From: Eledone cirrhosa
Lineage: Eukaryota
NCBI GenBank assembly: GCA_964016885.1
Contig: OZ024756.1
Location: 5,208,001-5,272,000 of the forward strand
Direction of reading: 5' to 3'
DNA length: 64,000 nt
Shown: piece after piece, positions 13,872 through 28,272 of the stretch
How the letters are laid out: every line of letters begins with the position of its first letter
How positions within the stretch are numbered: position 1 is the first letter of the stretch
Made by a program: the position numbers and the translations under genes
Notes under the pieces: model-generated
What the model saw: only the letters and a program-made list of their open reading frames with translations
The model's database searches: none
Told to the model about the DNA's origin: nothing

Positions 13872-13921
<50 letters not shown>

Positions 13922-14030
13922 TACATATATATATATGTATACACACACATATATATATATATATGTGAATATACATGTATGTTTATATAAACATATAAAT
14001 ATATATATGTTAATATATAGGCATCTTTAT

Positions 14031-14080
<50 letters not shown>

Positions 14081-14103
14081 GTGTGTGTGCGTGTATAAAC
14101 ATG

Positions 14104-14139
<36 letters not shown>

Positions 14140-15245
14140 AGAGAGTGAGAAAAAAAGAGAAACATGAGATAAAGAGAAGAGAAAGAGAGAGAGTGAACTA
14201 CATATTGATACATACAACCTCTGTTGGCAGAAATCATTCATCTGAGAGTAAGTTAATCGCTATAGGGTGGTTTGGTGCCACTAGCTGAATATTTTCCATT
14301 TCAATATTGACACCTGTAAACAGCTGTTTGCCATCTGTATCATGTCACATTTTGCGTCTTTTAACGCCTGAGTTCATCGTTACATAGCTTAGGAAATTTA
14401 CATTGACGAGAGATAAGATATGATGGATTGTTACTTGGATACAGTCTTAAATTTAGTATTTAAACAGCCATTATATACCTCTTAATAACAAATTATCGCA
14501 ATCCCTGAATTAGTGACCCGACCATTTCTCTTGCTTTCTCTCATATCTCTACCTCATTTGCATCTATCATTAAGGCATTGCTACGCTTTGTGAACCTAAT
14601 ATTTCGAAATAGATTCCAAATTGTTGTGTTCTCTAAATACAATAACACTTTCATGTCCCGTGTGTGATATGATGCATATACATAGGATTAGAGATAATTC
14701 ATGATAGCCACAAATGACCATTTAATGCAATACAGATATGATTGCAGCCATATCCTAATATATTTATTTAATGACTAATATTTTATCGCGTCACATAAAA
14801 CTCCGTTATTTTCGCCATTCATTATAAATTGTCGTTTCGGTTTGTAACTCGTGTATAAAATACGTTACTTTCAACGTAGTTGTTTAATGCAATATTAAAC
14901 ATATTATACATAAGATCTGTTGATCACGATTACAGCTTTATATTTTGTTTAGAATGCGGTCTCTAGCTGTAATGAGATAATCAAATAGATTAACTTTACA
15001 TGAAGATATACTCTATATATTCCTATATTAGAAATGTAATTTTAAGTGTTTGTAAATCTAAGACAATACAGACGTAAAAAATCATTAAAAGAAACAAATC
15101 GCATATATAAAAAATAAAATAAAAAAGGTAACTGGTTAATATTGGTCTGTGTTCAAACATACCAAGAAAAAATCTCGAGAAGCTTCCTTAGTGAAGAATA
15201 TCATGAGAAAACGGAAATTTCAGCCTAATAAAATCTATCTATCTA

Positions 15246-15937
15246 CCAGTTCGAGACAAGATCTACAAGCACGGCAGGGATCCTCACAAGAGGACGTGTC
15301 CAAGATGCGAGCAGGACATTAAATCCGTCTTGCACGCAATTGTACACTGCCCGGGCGTAACTGACCTGTGGAACTACGCAGAGCAACTGCTGTCACGTAT
15401 GGGACAAATCCAGTTGCCTGCCGAGTCCATAGTAAGGATCAAACCGCCAACTTCTTTCAAAAACGAAAGAGAGGCGGTTCTCCTCTGTATAGTGGCTATG
15501 GTGAAAGAGGTTATATGGTGGACGAGATTGAGAGGACAGATGCCTTTATCTCCGGACAACAACTCATTCCCTTCTTTAGGTACCACTTTAGAAGGATAAT
15601 CAGAGTAAAGAGAGGCTCTGCACCCCAGTAAATTTACTGAAAGTTGGGTGAATGTAGCAAAAATGGCCCGAGTGATTGGGCCTTCTCTGTATATAAGCCT
15701 GTAGGCTGAAGAAGAGAGCAAAAGGAAGAAGGGAGCACTTGCACAACAGGCTCCTGGAGTTGAGGGTTGTTCTATCGACGGGGTATTAAACAACCCATTT
15801 CTGGCACCTGCCCCCTATTGGGAGTTTCGATTGTTACATTTGTTTGTTTCAATATTTTTACACGATTTTAAGGAAAATCACCGGCATGTGTCTTTGTTTT
15901 GTCCCCTTTTCTTGTGCGCCCTTGTGGTAAATAAAGT
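15246..15937 (+). mobile_element. Tx1-like LINE 3' fragment with C-terminal CCHC zinc finger
   Basis: CPRCEQDIKSVLHAIVHC, LWNYAEQLLSR, VKEVIWWTR homologous to 1700-2070; AATAAA then (TCTA)n. Confidence 0.8.
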
Positions 15938-16214
15938 AATCTATCTATCTATCTATCTTTCTATCTATCTATCTATCTATCTATCTGTCTGTCTGTCTGT
16001 CTGTCTATATATGTATCTATCTGTCTGTCTGTCTGTCTGTCTATGTATCTATCTATCTGTATGTATGTGTGTATGTATGTGTGTGTATGCATGCATGTGT
16101 GTGTATGCATGCATATTTGTATGCATATATGTATATATGTATGTATGTGTATATATATATATATATATACATTCATGGCGTCTGTATGTGTATCTACGTA
16201 TATATGTATGTATG

Positions 16215-16309
<95 letters not shown>

Positions 16310-16575
16310 AGATCAAAAGATGGTTAAAGGAGTTCCATGTATTTTATTATGCGCATTTCAAAAACAAACATCATCATGCAATAATATTTGTGTTTTCATC
16401 AGATAAAACAGGAGAACATGATATGAAGGCTAAAAAACACTTGTGGATAGTGCAGTTTTAAATCAACATATCAAATTGATCTTATATATTATGTATACTC
16501 CAGTCCTACAAATTGTAGAGTGCTTCTTATCCGATATCTGCATTGCTTTATTGTACTACAATAAAACTCACCCCC

Positions 16576-16609
<34 letters not shown>

Positions 16610-16661
16610 TGTGCGTCTGTATGTGTATCTACGTATGTATTTATGTATGTATATATGTATG

Positions 16662-16707
<46 letters not shown>

Positions 16708-16747
16708 TGCATGTATGTACGTATTTGTTATCAACTGAGTATAAAAC

Positions 16748-16925
16748 AATGTTTCTACTTTTGGCACTAGGCCAGCAAATACCGAGTACATTACTGGTAC
16801 CTTATTTTATCGACCCCGTAAGGATGAAAGGCAAAGTTAACCTTGGCGGGATTTGAACTTAGATCGTAAAGGGACGTAACTATGCTGGAAACCATGGCAT
16901 CCGACCCTTTACCGATACTGCCAAT
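16748..16925 (-). mobile_element. tRNA-derived SINE (main family)
   Basis: ttttatcgaccccgtaaggatgaaaggcaaagtt core; ggatttgaact is a reverse B-box. Confidence 0.85.
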
Positions 16926-17566
16926 ATAATTATGACGTACCAACTTCTGATTGATTCTCGCTAATACAAGAAACTATGAAGAAGAATGATTCTACATATA
17001 TAAGTTTACAAATTGTTCATCTACAAACATCAGATCTTCTAAGCCTGTCTTCCCCTTGTATAGACTGTCATCTTGTCAATGTATTTGACGTTGCCTAGGA
17101 TGTAATCTCTAAGGAATAGCCAAGTCTGATTTAATCCTTCCTTTTAACAGTTTCTATGATTCCTGTAGGATGTTTATGAATGGTTATATGAAGTCAATAC
17201 ACTATGTTGCTTCCACCAGCCGTGGTTTTATAGGGATTAAGATATATTGACTGCATGCTTTTACTGTTGTTGTTGTTGTTGCTGTTTCTGTTGTTGTTAT
17301 TATTATATTTACATGAATACGTACATATATACGTATTTACATATATTCATACATGCATAAATACATAAATGATTAACTACATACATAATACGTACATGAA
17401 TGTATACATACATACATACATACATATACATACATGCATATATACATACATGCGTGTATACATACATACTTGGATGCATATATACATAAATATATATATA
17501 CATAAGTATATACACACACATAAATGTAAGTAGGCATACATACATGCACATACATGCATGAATATA

Positions 17567-17969
17567 TGGTGGCTGCCAACTCGTTTTTGAGTACGGCCAC
17601 TACTTTATATCCATGTAGGAGAACTCCTACCGATGCGCTGAACGAGTGCGACTTTTTAGTCCAGCCAGCGACTTGAGATCTCTGGTACAAACACTACACT
17701 TGTGACAATTATTGACACATAGTGCTGGGCCCATGGTACCATGTGACGACAAGTGCAGAGAGATCTCCAGATATAAAGCAATGCCTGTGCCGTGAAGCTT
17801 TTATAGTGAGCCAAGGCACTGCACAAAGCCAGTCCCACTCTCTTAACCAAGATGATATTTACCAAAAAGAAGAACATGTCAACATCATTGGATACCATCA
17901 GGGCTGCAGGTGTTATATCAGAGTTTTCCTTCTCCTAGAATTCTGCCTTGACAAAGGCTAAGGGGTCAT
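17567..17969 (-). mobile_element. ~400-bp non-autonomous RTE-derived (bipartite-like) element, copy 1 of tandem pair
   Basis: Minus strand starts with RTE-5'UTR-like tctaggagaaggaaaactctga and ends gagttggcagccacca next to (TGTA)-rich repeats. Confidence 0.55.
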
Positions 17970-17992
17970 ACATACATACATACATACATACA

Positions 17993-18402
17993 TGGTGGCT
18001 GCCAACTCGTTTTCGAGTACGGCCACTACTTTATATCCATGTAGGAGAACTCCTACCGATGCGCTGAACGAATGTGACTTTTTAGTCCAGCCAGCGACTT
18101 GAAAACTCTGGTACAAACACTACACTTGTGACCATTATTGACACATAGTGCAGGGCCCATGGTACCATGTGATGACAAGTGCAGAGAGATCTCCAGATAT
18201 AAAGCAATGCCTGTGCTGTGAAGCTTTTATAGTGAGCAAAGGCACTGCACAAAGCCAGTCCCACTCTCTTAACCAAGATGATATTTACCAAAATGAAGAA
18301 CAAGTCAACATCATTGGATACCATCAGGGTTGCAGGTGTTATATCAGAGTTTTCCTTCTCCTAGAATTCTGCCTTGACAAAGGCTAAGGGGTCATCTCTC
18401 CC
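17993..18402 (-). mobile_element. Same element, copy 2
   Basis: Near-identical to 17567-17969; separated by (CATA)n. Confidence 0.55.
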
Positions 18403-18450
18403 CATACATACATACATACATACATACATACACACACATACACACATATA

Positions 18451-18638
18451 ATTGTTTCTACGTTAGGCACAAGGCCAGCAATTACCACAGTGCATTACTG
18501 GTACTTTATTTTATCGACCCCGTAAGGATGAAAGGCAAAGTTAACCTTGGCGGGATTTGAACTCAGAATGGCAAGGGCCGTAACTCTATACGTCAAAGCA
18601 TGGCGTCCGACCCTCTACCGATACTGCCAATCCACCAC
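18451..18638 (-). mobile_element. tRNA-derived SINE
   Basis: Full family consensus in reverse. Confidence 0.9.
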
Positions 18639-19411
18639 ATATAATGGATGCATACATACATATATACATACAATCATACATACAAACATACATACATATA
18701 AACTTGCATCCATGCATATAGACATACATATGATGATGACTGCCTCCTCGTTATCGAGTATGACCATTGCACGATATGCCATTATTAATAATTATCAATT
18801 AATTCTATCGTGCAATGCCTGTGCATGAAGATATTTTTGAGCGACAGTAGCTATAACCCGAAAAGAAGAAAAGATCAACATTATCAGTTACATAGACACA
18901 CAAGAATACATACATACATACATACATACATACATACATACATACATACATACATACATACATACATCCAAGCATGCATACATACATCCAAGCATGCATA
19001 CAGATATACATATAGACATACATACATGCACTCATACACACACACACACAGAGACACAGAGACAGCAGGTAGACAGGCGGCAGTAACAAGTAAAAATATG
19101 TCCATCTGGTGCAGTCGGGAGTGAGTTGAAGCGAGAGAACTTCTTGCCTGAAGCAACAGTGAGAATAGCAAACCATTTCCACAGAACTGATGTAGCGTTG
19201 AAACATCTTCTACAAGCTAAAGAGAAAAATAAGAAAAGAAAGCCACAGATTATTAGAGACTGAAGAATAGAAGGAGGAATGGTAAAAGGAGGAACTAATC
19301 GATTATTGAACATGGTCGTAAAGATAAAGTTAACGCCTTACACATCCAGTGATGAAACTAGCTGGATTTATTCCACTAATGATAATTATACTCCAAATAA
19401 TTATCTACTCG

Positions 19412-19545
19412 CCACCTTAGGCGCTGAGTTAGCCAGCCTGTAGGTGTGAGGCTCGCGAGCTGGAATGGCTTTTCCAGGGCGTCTCCTTTGCCGTCCTCCG
19501 GGAAAACGCCTTCTCCATTCTGTCGTCCGAGGCCACCAATATGAT
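19412..19545 (+). mobile_element. CRE-like element 3' fragment
   Basis: caccttaggcgc...LEWLFQGVSFAVLRENAFSIL. Confidence 0.6.
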
Positions 19546-19844
19546 TGACTGACTTGTCATTTTATCAGTCAGATGTTCTAATGATTCTATATGTTAAATT
19601 TCCTTATTTAATGTAAATAATTATTTTTAAAGATCCTAAACATTAAACATTAGGTGATAGAGTACGATATTTATTTGAATAACTATGATTGCTGAAAGAA
19701 AAGGGTCAGTCACAGATATGTGAGAAATAGGATGTCGTTGTCTTCTGTTGAATTATGGGAAGGCTACTTGTATGAATTACTGCCTCCGTATCTCTTGATC
19801 TTCCTATCTCTCACTATTATAAGCAAATGGATGCACACGGCTGG

Positions 19845-20095
19845 CCTCACCGCGGCCCTGGCGGACAGAATAGAAACTATGTTTCCCTTCAGGATGATAA
19901 GGAAGAGGCATTCCAGCTAGCCGGGCTCACACATGCGGATAGCTAACTCCGTGCCGATGGTGGTGAGTAAGGAGGTGGTCCATGGACCAAGGACACTACA
20001 CGTCTCCATTGCTATGGGCTCGACTGCAAATCTGTCGGGGAGCGATCCATATTTGGAGAGTTTACTCTCCTCGGCCCGACCCGAAGTGCAGCAGA
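19845..20095 (-). mobile_element. CRE-like RLE endonuclease C-terminal fragment
   Basis: Minus strand AEESKLSKYGSLPDRFAVEPIAMETCSVLGPWTTSLLTTIG fits the AE..K..KY...P.A.ET.G..G pattern of RLE-type non-LTR ORFs. Confidence 0.7.
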
Positions 20096-20459
20096 GGCTG
20101 GGTTAGTCAAAAACTTCCCCAGGTCTCCGCTTGCTTACAATTTACAATATAGAAATGTTATCAAATAGAATGGAATGGGCCTTCCTCAGTTTTAACGATG
20201 AGTGTTTCAGTAGTGAGATCAACAGAACAATATCACCTTGGAACTAAGGTGTTAGTGGATGACCATTCTTTCTACAGAAGCAAGTATCTCTAACGTAAGT
20301 CATTTTAGTGTGACACACTGAATGCCAGATCCACTCCATCCGATTGACTTCCACAATTTGCTGTCTACATAATTTGACCGAGTTGGCATACCATACATTG
20401 AACTGAGGCTATGGTAAATTATACTTGCTATATATATACATATATATATATATTAGAAA

Positions 20460-21136
20460 GAGTTGGGGCCCGATGGCTGAGCTATTGCCGTTTCAACTTC
20501 TACATCCTGAATCTGGAACTACATCTTGGTGTAGGACAGAAGAAAGGAGGGACATAAAATATAAAAAGCCAGTCACTGTGGAGGTCACAAAATGTGTGAC
20601 GAAAGAGCTTTGACAATATATGAACAATAATCCGGTTATCGAAACGACAAGCCAATGGGAAATTCATAAAGAATTGAATTGCAAACCAACACGTGCGTGT
20701 GTTTTTATTGGCATCATGACCCTCCCAAAGTATAACAATATCGGTTTCAACGCACGTTTTCAGATAAAAAATCTTGTAAAACAAATTCAAAATCGAATAA
20801 TATATATATATATATTATATAAACAAGATGGCGTAGGACAGAACAAAAGAGAGGCACAAAAACAAAGAAAAAATCCCCAGTCACTGAATAGGTCACTGAA
20901 TGTGTGACGAAAGAACTTTGACAATATATGAACAATCGTCTGGTTGAGGAACCAACCAACCACTGGAAATTGATAAATTCCTAAATTTATAAATTTAATT
21001 TATAATAAATTGAAGTGAAAGCTTCTGGTGCGTGTGTTTCTTATTGGCAACATGACCCTCCCAAAGCAGAACAATATCGGTTTCAACACACGTTTTCAGA
21101 TAAAGAATCTTGCTAAACAGATTCAGAAACGAAATA

Positions 21137-21140
<4 letters not shown>
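20460..21140 (+). mobile_element. Tandem dimer of family A units, hammerhead motifs at 20572-20614 and 20880-20922
   Basis: gtcactg..ggtcac..tgtgacgaaaga(g/a)ctttgac repeated 308 bp apart; cores mutated to CTGTGGA and CTGAATA. Confidence 0.7.
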
Positions 21141-21185
<45 letters not shown>

Positions 21186-22246
21186 GTTTACATTACTCTG
21201 GAGTAAACAAAACAACCTGCGTACAACATCGAGTGCTCCAATCTGCATACTGAGGTTTCGGTAAACAACCAACATACACTAAAATATATATATATGTATG
21301 TATGCGCGCGCGTGTGTGTATTGATAGACTGCGGTACTATGACCGGGACGACCACAAATCAAAGTAGTACTCGACGCAGGGTAAGATGTAGAGTGAGTAT
21401 ATTAATGAGAGTAGAGGATCTACCGTGAGCTCGGCAGTTTCGGCTGGTTACCTCTCGATATATTAGTTACGTCTGTCATTTCTCACTCTCTCATCTTTTT
21501 CTATAACATACTCAGTAGGGTGTTATGGACAGGGCTGTTCCTTGTATTTATCACAGCTATGAAATGTAAGATTAACTGAATTACTAAAGCTAGAGACCAC
21601 CGTGTCATCGATACAGCTATCAGGTCAAACTCGTTAAGGTCATGGTGCCATAGCTAACCTTTGATAGTGAGGCCTAACGTTAGGTTTTTTCCAATTTAAC
21701 AGGCTGTCAAATCATTTCAATTTGGCAACAGAGATAGTTCCTTTTAGATCTTTTTTCTCTTTAAAACCGTATTCTTGACTTCTTTTCTTAGTTTTAACGT
21801 TCCATGAGTTAGATAATCTTCCTGCCCAGGTGGGTAGAGATCCATCTATTTCAGACATCAACGGATTAAGGAAGGTAAATAAATCATACAGCCTATATAG
21901 CTTACAACACGTAAACATAATCAATCAAAGAAACATATAGTCAGGTAGGGAGAGAGAGAGAGAGAAAGAGAGAAAGAAAGAGAGACGTGCATATATATAT
22001 ATATATACATACATAGGTATATATAGGTACATATACTCACATATATATATATACCTATATATACCTAAATGTTCGGTAAACCCATACGTACATATATATA
22101 TATATGTGTGCATCTATGTATATATATATACATACTACTGTACGTCTGTATACATATATGTATGTATTCATACATACATACTTATATTTAAGTATCAGCC
22201 GTACTAAGAGTGAGAAATGAAATTTCATTTTTTCCTTTTATATTTA

Positions 22247-22391
<145 letters not shown>

Positions 22392-22434
22392 GAAAGGTAT
22401 AGAAAACACTGCAGCGAAAAGCGAACAGCATTTC

Positions 22435-22468
<34 letters not shown>

Positions 22469-22776
22469 CACATATATACATGTATATCCATAAACAGCCA
22501 CATACATATATATATATATATATATACACATACACACACATATATAGATATAGATATATATACATGTATATCTATACATACCCACATACATAGACACATA
22601 TATATGCATATATATATATATATATATACACAAATACATTTACACACACACATACACACATATATATCTATATATATTAACACTTTTACCTGTTCCAGCC
22701 ATCTGACATATATATATATATATATATATACATAAAATACATATGCTTATACATATATATACACAAATACATATGC

Positions 22777-22826
<50 letters not shown>

Positions 22827-23367
22827 ACGCACACACACACACACGTGTGTGTGTGTGTGTGCTAAACATTTATTTGCTCCACCCGATAAATGGACACGTC
22901 TCATTCCAATCCGATGATTGGGGTATCCAGAAATCTATTGTTTCATCACACCACTAGGGGGCCTGGCGAAAGTCGTTAAATAGAAATACTTCACTGGAGC
23001 AACACAGATAAATATACCTGCAATCAGGAATATACCTGCAATCAGGAAATTGAAACCGGCTTGTGAAATCAATTTGTAAACATTTCTCTCTATTCCGCTG
23101 CAACTAAAACATGTGGACACACTGGAAAAATTTCAAAACCTATGGATCTCCGTCAGTTTCTACGTTGACTGTTCCAGTGTTTCAGCCAAAGGAAAAGCCT
23201 TTAAAAAAAAAAAAAAAAAAAAATGTTAAATATGTAAGTGGTTGAGTACTCCGCAGACACGTATATCCTTGACGTAGTCTTTTCTGCGGGAAATTGCACG
23301 TATCAAACGATGTGTCGCAGACAGACAATCTAATTCACAATCGGTCGCTCTCCGACAGGTTTGTGGT

Positions 23368-23645
23368 CGTGCCCTTAGGAGTGGAAACTTCTGGTGTCTC
23401 TTGGCACTAGGGCTACCTCCCTACTTACCACCATAGGCGCAGGTGTAAGGCTCGCGAGATGGAATGGCTCTTCCAGCGCATCTCCCTTAACATCCTCCCG
23501 TGAAACGCCTTCTTCATTCTTTCCGCAAGGACCGTGGCGCGGCCAGCGCGCGGGACCCCATTTGCTCATAATACAGTGAGATGAGGAGGGCGAGAGAGAT
23601 GGAGGCGATGACAGTGGGAGTTCGGCTCTTTCGTGTTCGGATACA
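23368..23645 (+). mobile_element. CRE-like element 3' end
   Basis: VPLGVETSGV.LGTRATSLLTTIGA...EMEWLFQRISLNILP. Confidence 0.7.
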
Positions 23646-23959
23646 TTTATCAGAATGTAGGTTTTATGTACGTGCAAAGTCTTCTACTACTTATAACTCT
23701 GAAACACAACTCCCACGTCTAGTATAGGCTTGTTTCATCTACCTTACGACCGTTTGCCTCACACATTAACCATTAAGCCACGCTCCAAGGAAGTAAGCGT
23801 TGTGTTGTCTGTGTGTAGGTCATTATACTCATTTACTACAAATATTGATATCAAAACACTTCTGCCAAACTCGTTGTCTTCAAATCGCTATTCGCGCCAA
23901 CCCTTATCTACGGTAATGAATCTTGCATAATGACCGAAAGAATACAATCGCGAATACAA

Positions 23960-24115
23960 GCGCCCAAAATGGGGTTCCTCCAAAAAGTATTTGCCTGATC
24001 TCACTTGGGGATCCAGTCGCATCAAATGGAGACAGTTGCTTCTGACAGGACCCGAATGAAGGAGTGTTTGAGGACTCTGCCTATGCGACCTTCTTCGGAA
24101 GAAGAAGAAGAAGGA
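23960..24115 (+). mobile_element. RTE 3' fragment with short (GAA)n tail
   Basis: GIQSHQMETVASDRTRMKECLRTL is similar to 3776-3873. Confidence 0.55.
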
Positions 24116-24268
24116 AAAGAAGATACGTTTGCGTACTCATTAAAAATATTAGATACAAGAATTAAGTTTTCCAAACGTTTTGAGTCATATAATATTCCTA
24201 AAATAAGTGAGGAAGACAGTATGATGTGCTAAAATAGAAATATGGCCTTTCTATTTGGCATGTCGAGG

Positions 24269-24312
<44 letters not shown>

Positions 24313-24661
24313 GAAGACAGTAGTGCAGGTTTTGTGAGAAAATCATTGTATGCATACATATGGGCAGGGCCTCTCTTTGGTGGGCTGTAATTATTTTAAA
24401 ACGATGGCTTTTATGTCTGGGTAATCATGCACGTGTGTCCTTATGTGTGGTGCAATGATTTATACATACATATATATATATATATACATTTATACATATT
24501 TGTGTGTGTATACATATATACAATATCTTTTCTTAATTGCATATGTAAGTATGTATGGTAGCGTAAGTGACGGAGGCTATGATGTCACACATTTAAACGT
24601 TTAAATGTGACAGAACACTTGGCCTCCCCGGGTGGGAACACAACCGATTTCTTCCAGAGAG

Positions 24662-24706
<45 letters not shown>

Positions 24707-24904
24707 TAGAGAGAGAGAGAATCGACCTTGGTCCTAGACTGGTACTTTTCTATCGACCCGGAAAGAATAAATAGTGAAGTATACACAGCCGGGATTTGAA
24801 CTCACAGAGCACAGGTAGCCGGAAGGCATAACGCAAAACTTTATATCTGACGTATACAAATATAATTATATATATATATATATATAAGATGTATATTTAC
24901 ATAT

Positions 24905-25088
24905 AATTGTTTCTACTTTAGGCACAAGGCCAGCAATTACCCAGTACATTACTGGTACTTTATTTTATCGACCTCTGTATGGATGAAAGGCAAAGTCAAC
25001 CTCGGCGAGATTTGAACTCAGATCGTAAAGGGACGTAACTATGCTGGAAAGCATGGCGTCCGACCCTCTACTGCCAATCCACCGCCCT
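24905..25088 (-). mobile_element. tRNA-derived SINE
   Basis: Family consensus; flanking tatatttacat repeat is TSD-like. Confidence 0.9.
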
Positions 25089-25241
25089 CTATATTTACAT
25101 ATTTACATATAATATAGTTGAATATAATATATATATCAAGTATACACACACAAACAAATATATATATATGTGTGTGTGTACGTGTACTCGTTTGTATTTT
25201 TCTATGCATATATATATATGTATGTATATATAATATAGACA

Positions 25242-25320
<79 letters not shown>

Positions 25321-25360
25321 ACACGCCCTCACACAAACACACAAACATGCACCACGCACG

Positions 25361-25400
<40 letters not shown>

Positions 25401-25439
25401 AACACGCCCTCACACGCACACACAAACATGCACCACACA

Positions 25440-25527
<88 letters not shown>

Positions 25528-25577
25528 AACACGCCCTCACACAAACACACAACATGCACCACACACGCACACACACA

Positions 25578-25618
<41 letters not shown>

Positions 25619-25999
25619 GAGATAAACAATAACTCTGAATACGTCCCTACTGCAAATTAGACCCAGCTTTATCCATTAATCTCTATCTACAAACTAAATC
25701 TGTTTTAAAATCTCAAACCGCATGAACGGGCACGGAAGTCATTCTTTCTCCGGCACTTAGATTAGAGATCAGTCGTTATTCCTGTCCACCATATTGTCTT
25801 TTTTATTACTTCTCTCCTAAACTTCATGAATATCAATAAGGCTGGTGATGTTTTTAGTCTTAAGCTGGAGAGAGAGAGAGAGAGAATGAGAGAGTGTGTG
25901 GGTGAAAGAACGAAAGTGTCACTGAGGGAATTATAGGAAACAAAAACAGAGAGAATGAGAGAGTGCAAAACGAAAGGGAGAAAGAGAAAATGATAGAGA

Positions 26000-26031
<32 letters not shown>

Positions 26032-27207
26032 AGTGAGTGAAAAACGAAAGGGAGTGGGAGAAATCTATAGTGGAAAAAAAGAGAGAGAGATAGTGAGGTG
26101 GAACAATGGAGAGAGAGATAGTGAGGTGGAACAATGGAGTATAAAAAATGGTAAAATTATGTTCTCATTTTCTGTATTTTTTTCTACTTGTAATTTTGAT
26201 TCGGGCATTAACAACTGTTGAGCTGAAGAATTAGTGCAGTTCCACAGAATCTACTAATTCTGGCATTAACAATGACAGTGCCCCAGCCTGGCCATTAACA
26301 ATGACAGTGACCCAGTATGGCCATTAGCTACTGTTGAGCTGAAGAATTGGTGCTGTTTCACAGAATCTACTGACGTGAGGCCATAACATAATAAACTTCG
26401 TTGTTAACTATTAGAAAGTAAAGTTAGTTAAACCCGTCTTAAAGTAACTTATTTTACACTGAGATTAACAGAGGAATGGAGAAGAAATAACAGTGAGGGG
26501 GAGGGGTGGGAGGGTGGAGATGGTGGTGGTGGTGGAGATGGTAGAGATGGTGGTGACGGTGGAGATGGCGGTGATAAACAAACGAAAATATTTCCACTTT
26601 GTAAAACATGCCGACATAGAAATCAGATTGTTTGCAATTGTTTTTCTCATCCAAATGAATACATATGTTTTAGTAATGACCCCTCCCTGCTTTACATTAA
26701 TCTCTATATATGTGTGTTTGTGTTTGTGTGTGCGTGTGTGTGTGTTTGCCTTTATATACGCAACAATTCCAGGCGTGGACATGTATTCATTTGTGTACGT
26801 GTGTGTGTATGTGTGTGTGTGTGTATGTGTGTGTTTGCCTTTATATACGCACAAATTTAAGGCGTGGACATGTATACGTTTATATATATGTGTGTACGTA
26901 CGGCGAGTGTATATATACGTGTAGTATAACACGAAACATTTAGGAATAGAAGTTGTGAAGAAAAAAAAGTCGAGAACTAATTAAAAAATGTGGCATTTAT
27001 AAGAAGAATTAAAGTCAATGAAACAATATAAATCTTCTTCCGAAACATTAATAAAGAACTATTTCGGTTATTTTTTTATAGAAAACTCAATATCTCTTCA
27101 CTATATCCCATTATTTAGTAAAATACGGTGAGTTGTATTCTAGCTTTTGGTTAAAAATCCTATTCACTTAGAGACAATACAAAAATAAGATGTGATTCAT
27201 ATAAAAT

Positions 27208-27590
27208 TTGTTTCTTCTTTTGGCACAAGGCCAGCAATTATCCCAGTCTATTACTGGTGCTTTATTTTATCGACCCCGTAAGGATGAAAGGCAAAGTTAA
27301 CCTCGGCAGGATTTGAACTTGGAACACAAAGGGCCATAACTCTATGCTGCAATGCTTAGTGTTTGATCGTCTACCGATAACTGCCAATCCAATCATATAA
27401 TTGTTTCTACTTTTGGCACAAGGCCAGCAATTATCCCAGTGTATTACTGGTGCTTTATTTTATCGACCCCGTAAGAATGAAAGGCAAAGTTAACCTCGGC
27501 GAGATTTGTACTCAGAACTCAAAGGGCCATAACTCTATGCTGCAATGCTTAGTGTCTGATGGTCTACCGATAACTGCCAATCCAATCATA
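27208..27590 (-). mobile_element. Two tandem SINE copies
   Basis: 27208-27395 and 27400-27590 share diagnostic variants (gggccataactctatgctgcaatgcttagt), indicating local duplication. Confidence 0.85.
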
Positions 27591-27748
27591 TAATAAAGAG
27601 AAAACTCAACACTTGAATATCTGTCTAAATAGCCAAGTACCGTCAAAGACAACGATGGGCAAAAGTGCCTCAGTTTACCCATCGTTGTCTTTGACGGCAT
27701 TTGCCTTTTTTAACAGCTATTTAAGTGTTGAGTTTTCTCATTATTATA
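27589..27748. repeat. Imperfect ~160-bp hairpin (MITE-like)
   Basis: gagaaaactcaacactt/aagtgttgagttttctc and ccgtcaaagacaacgatggg/cccatcgttgtctttgacgg. Confidence 0.8.
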
Positions 27749-27761
27749 TAAACTTATTCGC

Positions 27762-27937
27762 AGAATCGGTAGAGGGTCGGACGCCATGCTTTGCAGCACA
27801 GTTACGTCCCTTTACGGACTGAGTTCAAATCCCGCCGAAGTTAACTTTGTCTTTCATCCTTACGGGGTCGATGAAATAAAGTACCAGTAATGCACTGGGA
27901 TAATTGCTGGCCTTGTGCCAAAAGTAGAAACAATTAT
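27762..27937 (+). mobile_element. tRNA-derived SINE
   Basis: Family consensus, forward. Confidence 0.9.
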
Positions 27938-28272
27938 TATATAAACTTTAATATACTCTCGCTCCGTCCCGACGAGAGACATCGATGTATATTCACATGA
28001 GATGTGATATTTGAGTGTCATTTAAGGTGGAATTGATGTAAAGTTACCTTTAATCTAGAGACGAAATTATGCGTTCATAGAATAACGAGCCTCTGTCTAC
28101 CTTCTTCCTTAGTTTTACTCCACTAACTTACACGGCTTCAACATTTCATTTAATTTAAATGTTAAATTAATAAGCTCATATATAAACATTTATATACAAA
28201 ATCGTATAAATATTGAAATATTTAATCAATGATATGAACCAGTTGGCATAATGTTGGATTTGTCAGTAAAAG

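Noticed and set aside
16960-17260. Possible ancient LINE 3' remnant (also 19080-19330 and 6740-6870)
   Set aside because: Only faint peptide resemblance; cannot be supported by eye
21316-21509. ~190-bp segment with TG...CA ends (possible solo LTR) and a GAAA-hairpin
   Set aside because: No TSD or second copy; hammerhead core incomplete
22935-23200. Possible exon (CFSC...AGF, BIR-like words)
   Set aside because: Motif order is wrong, stops nearby, no convincing splice sites
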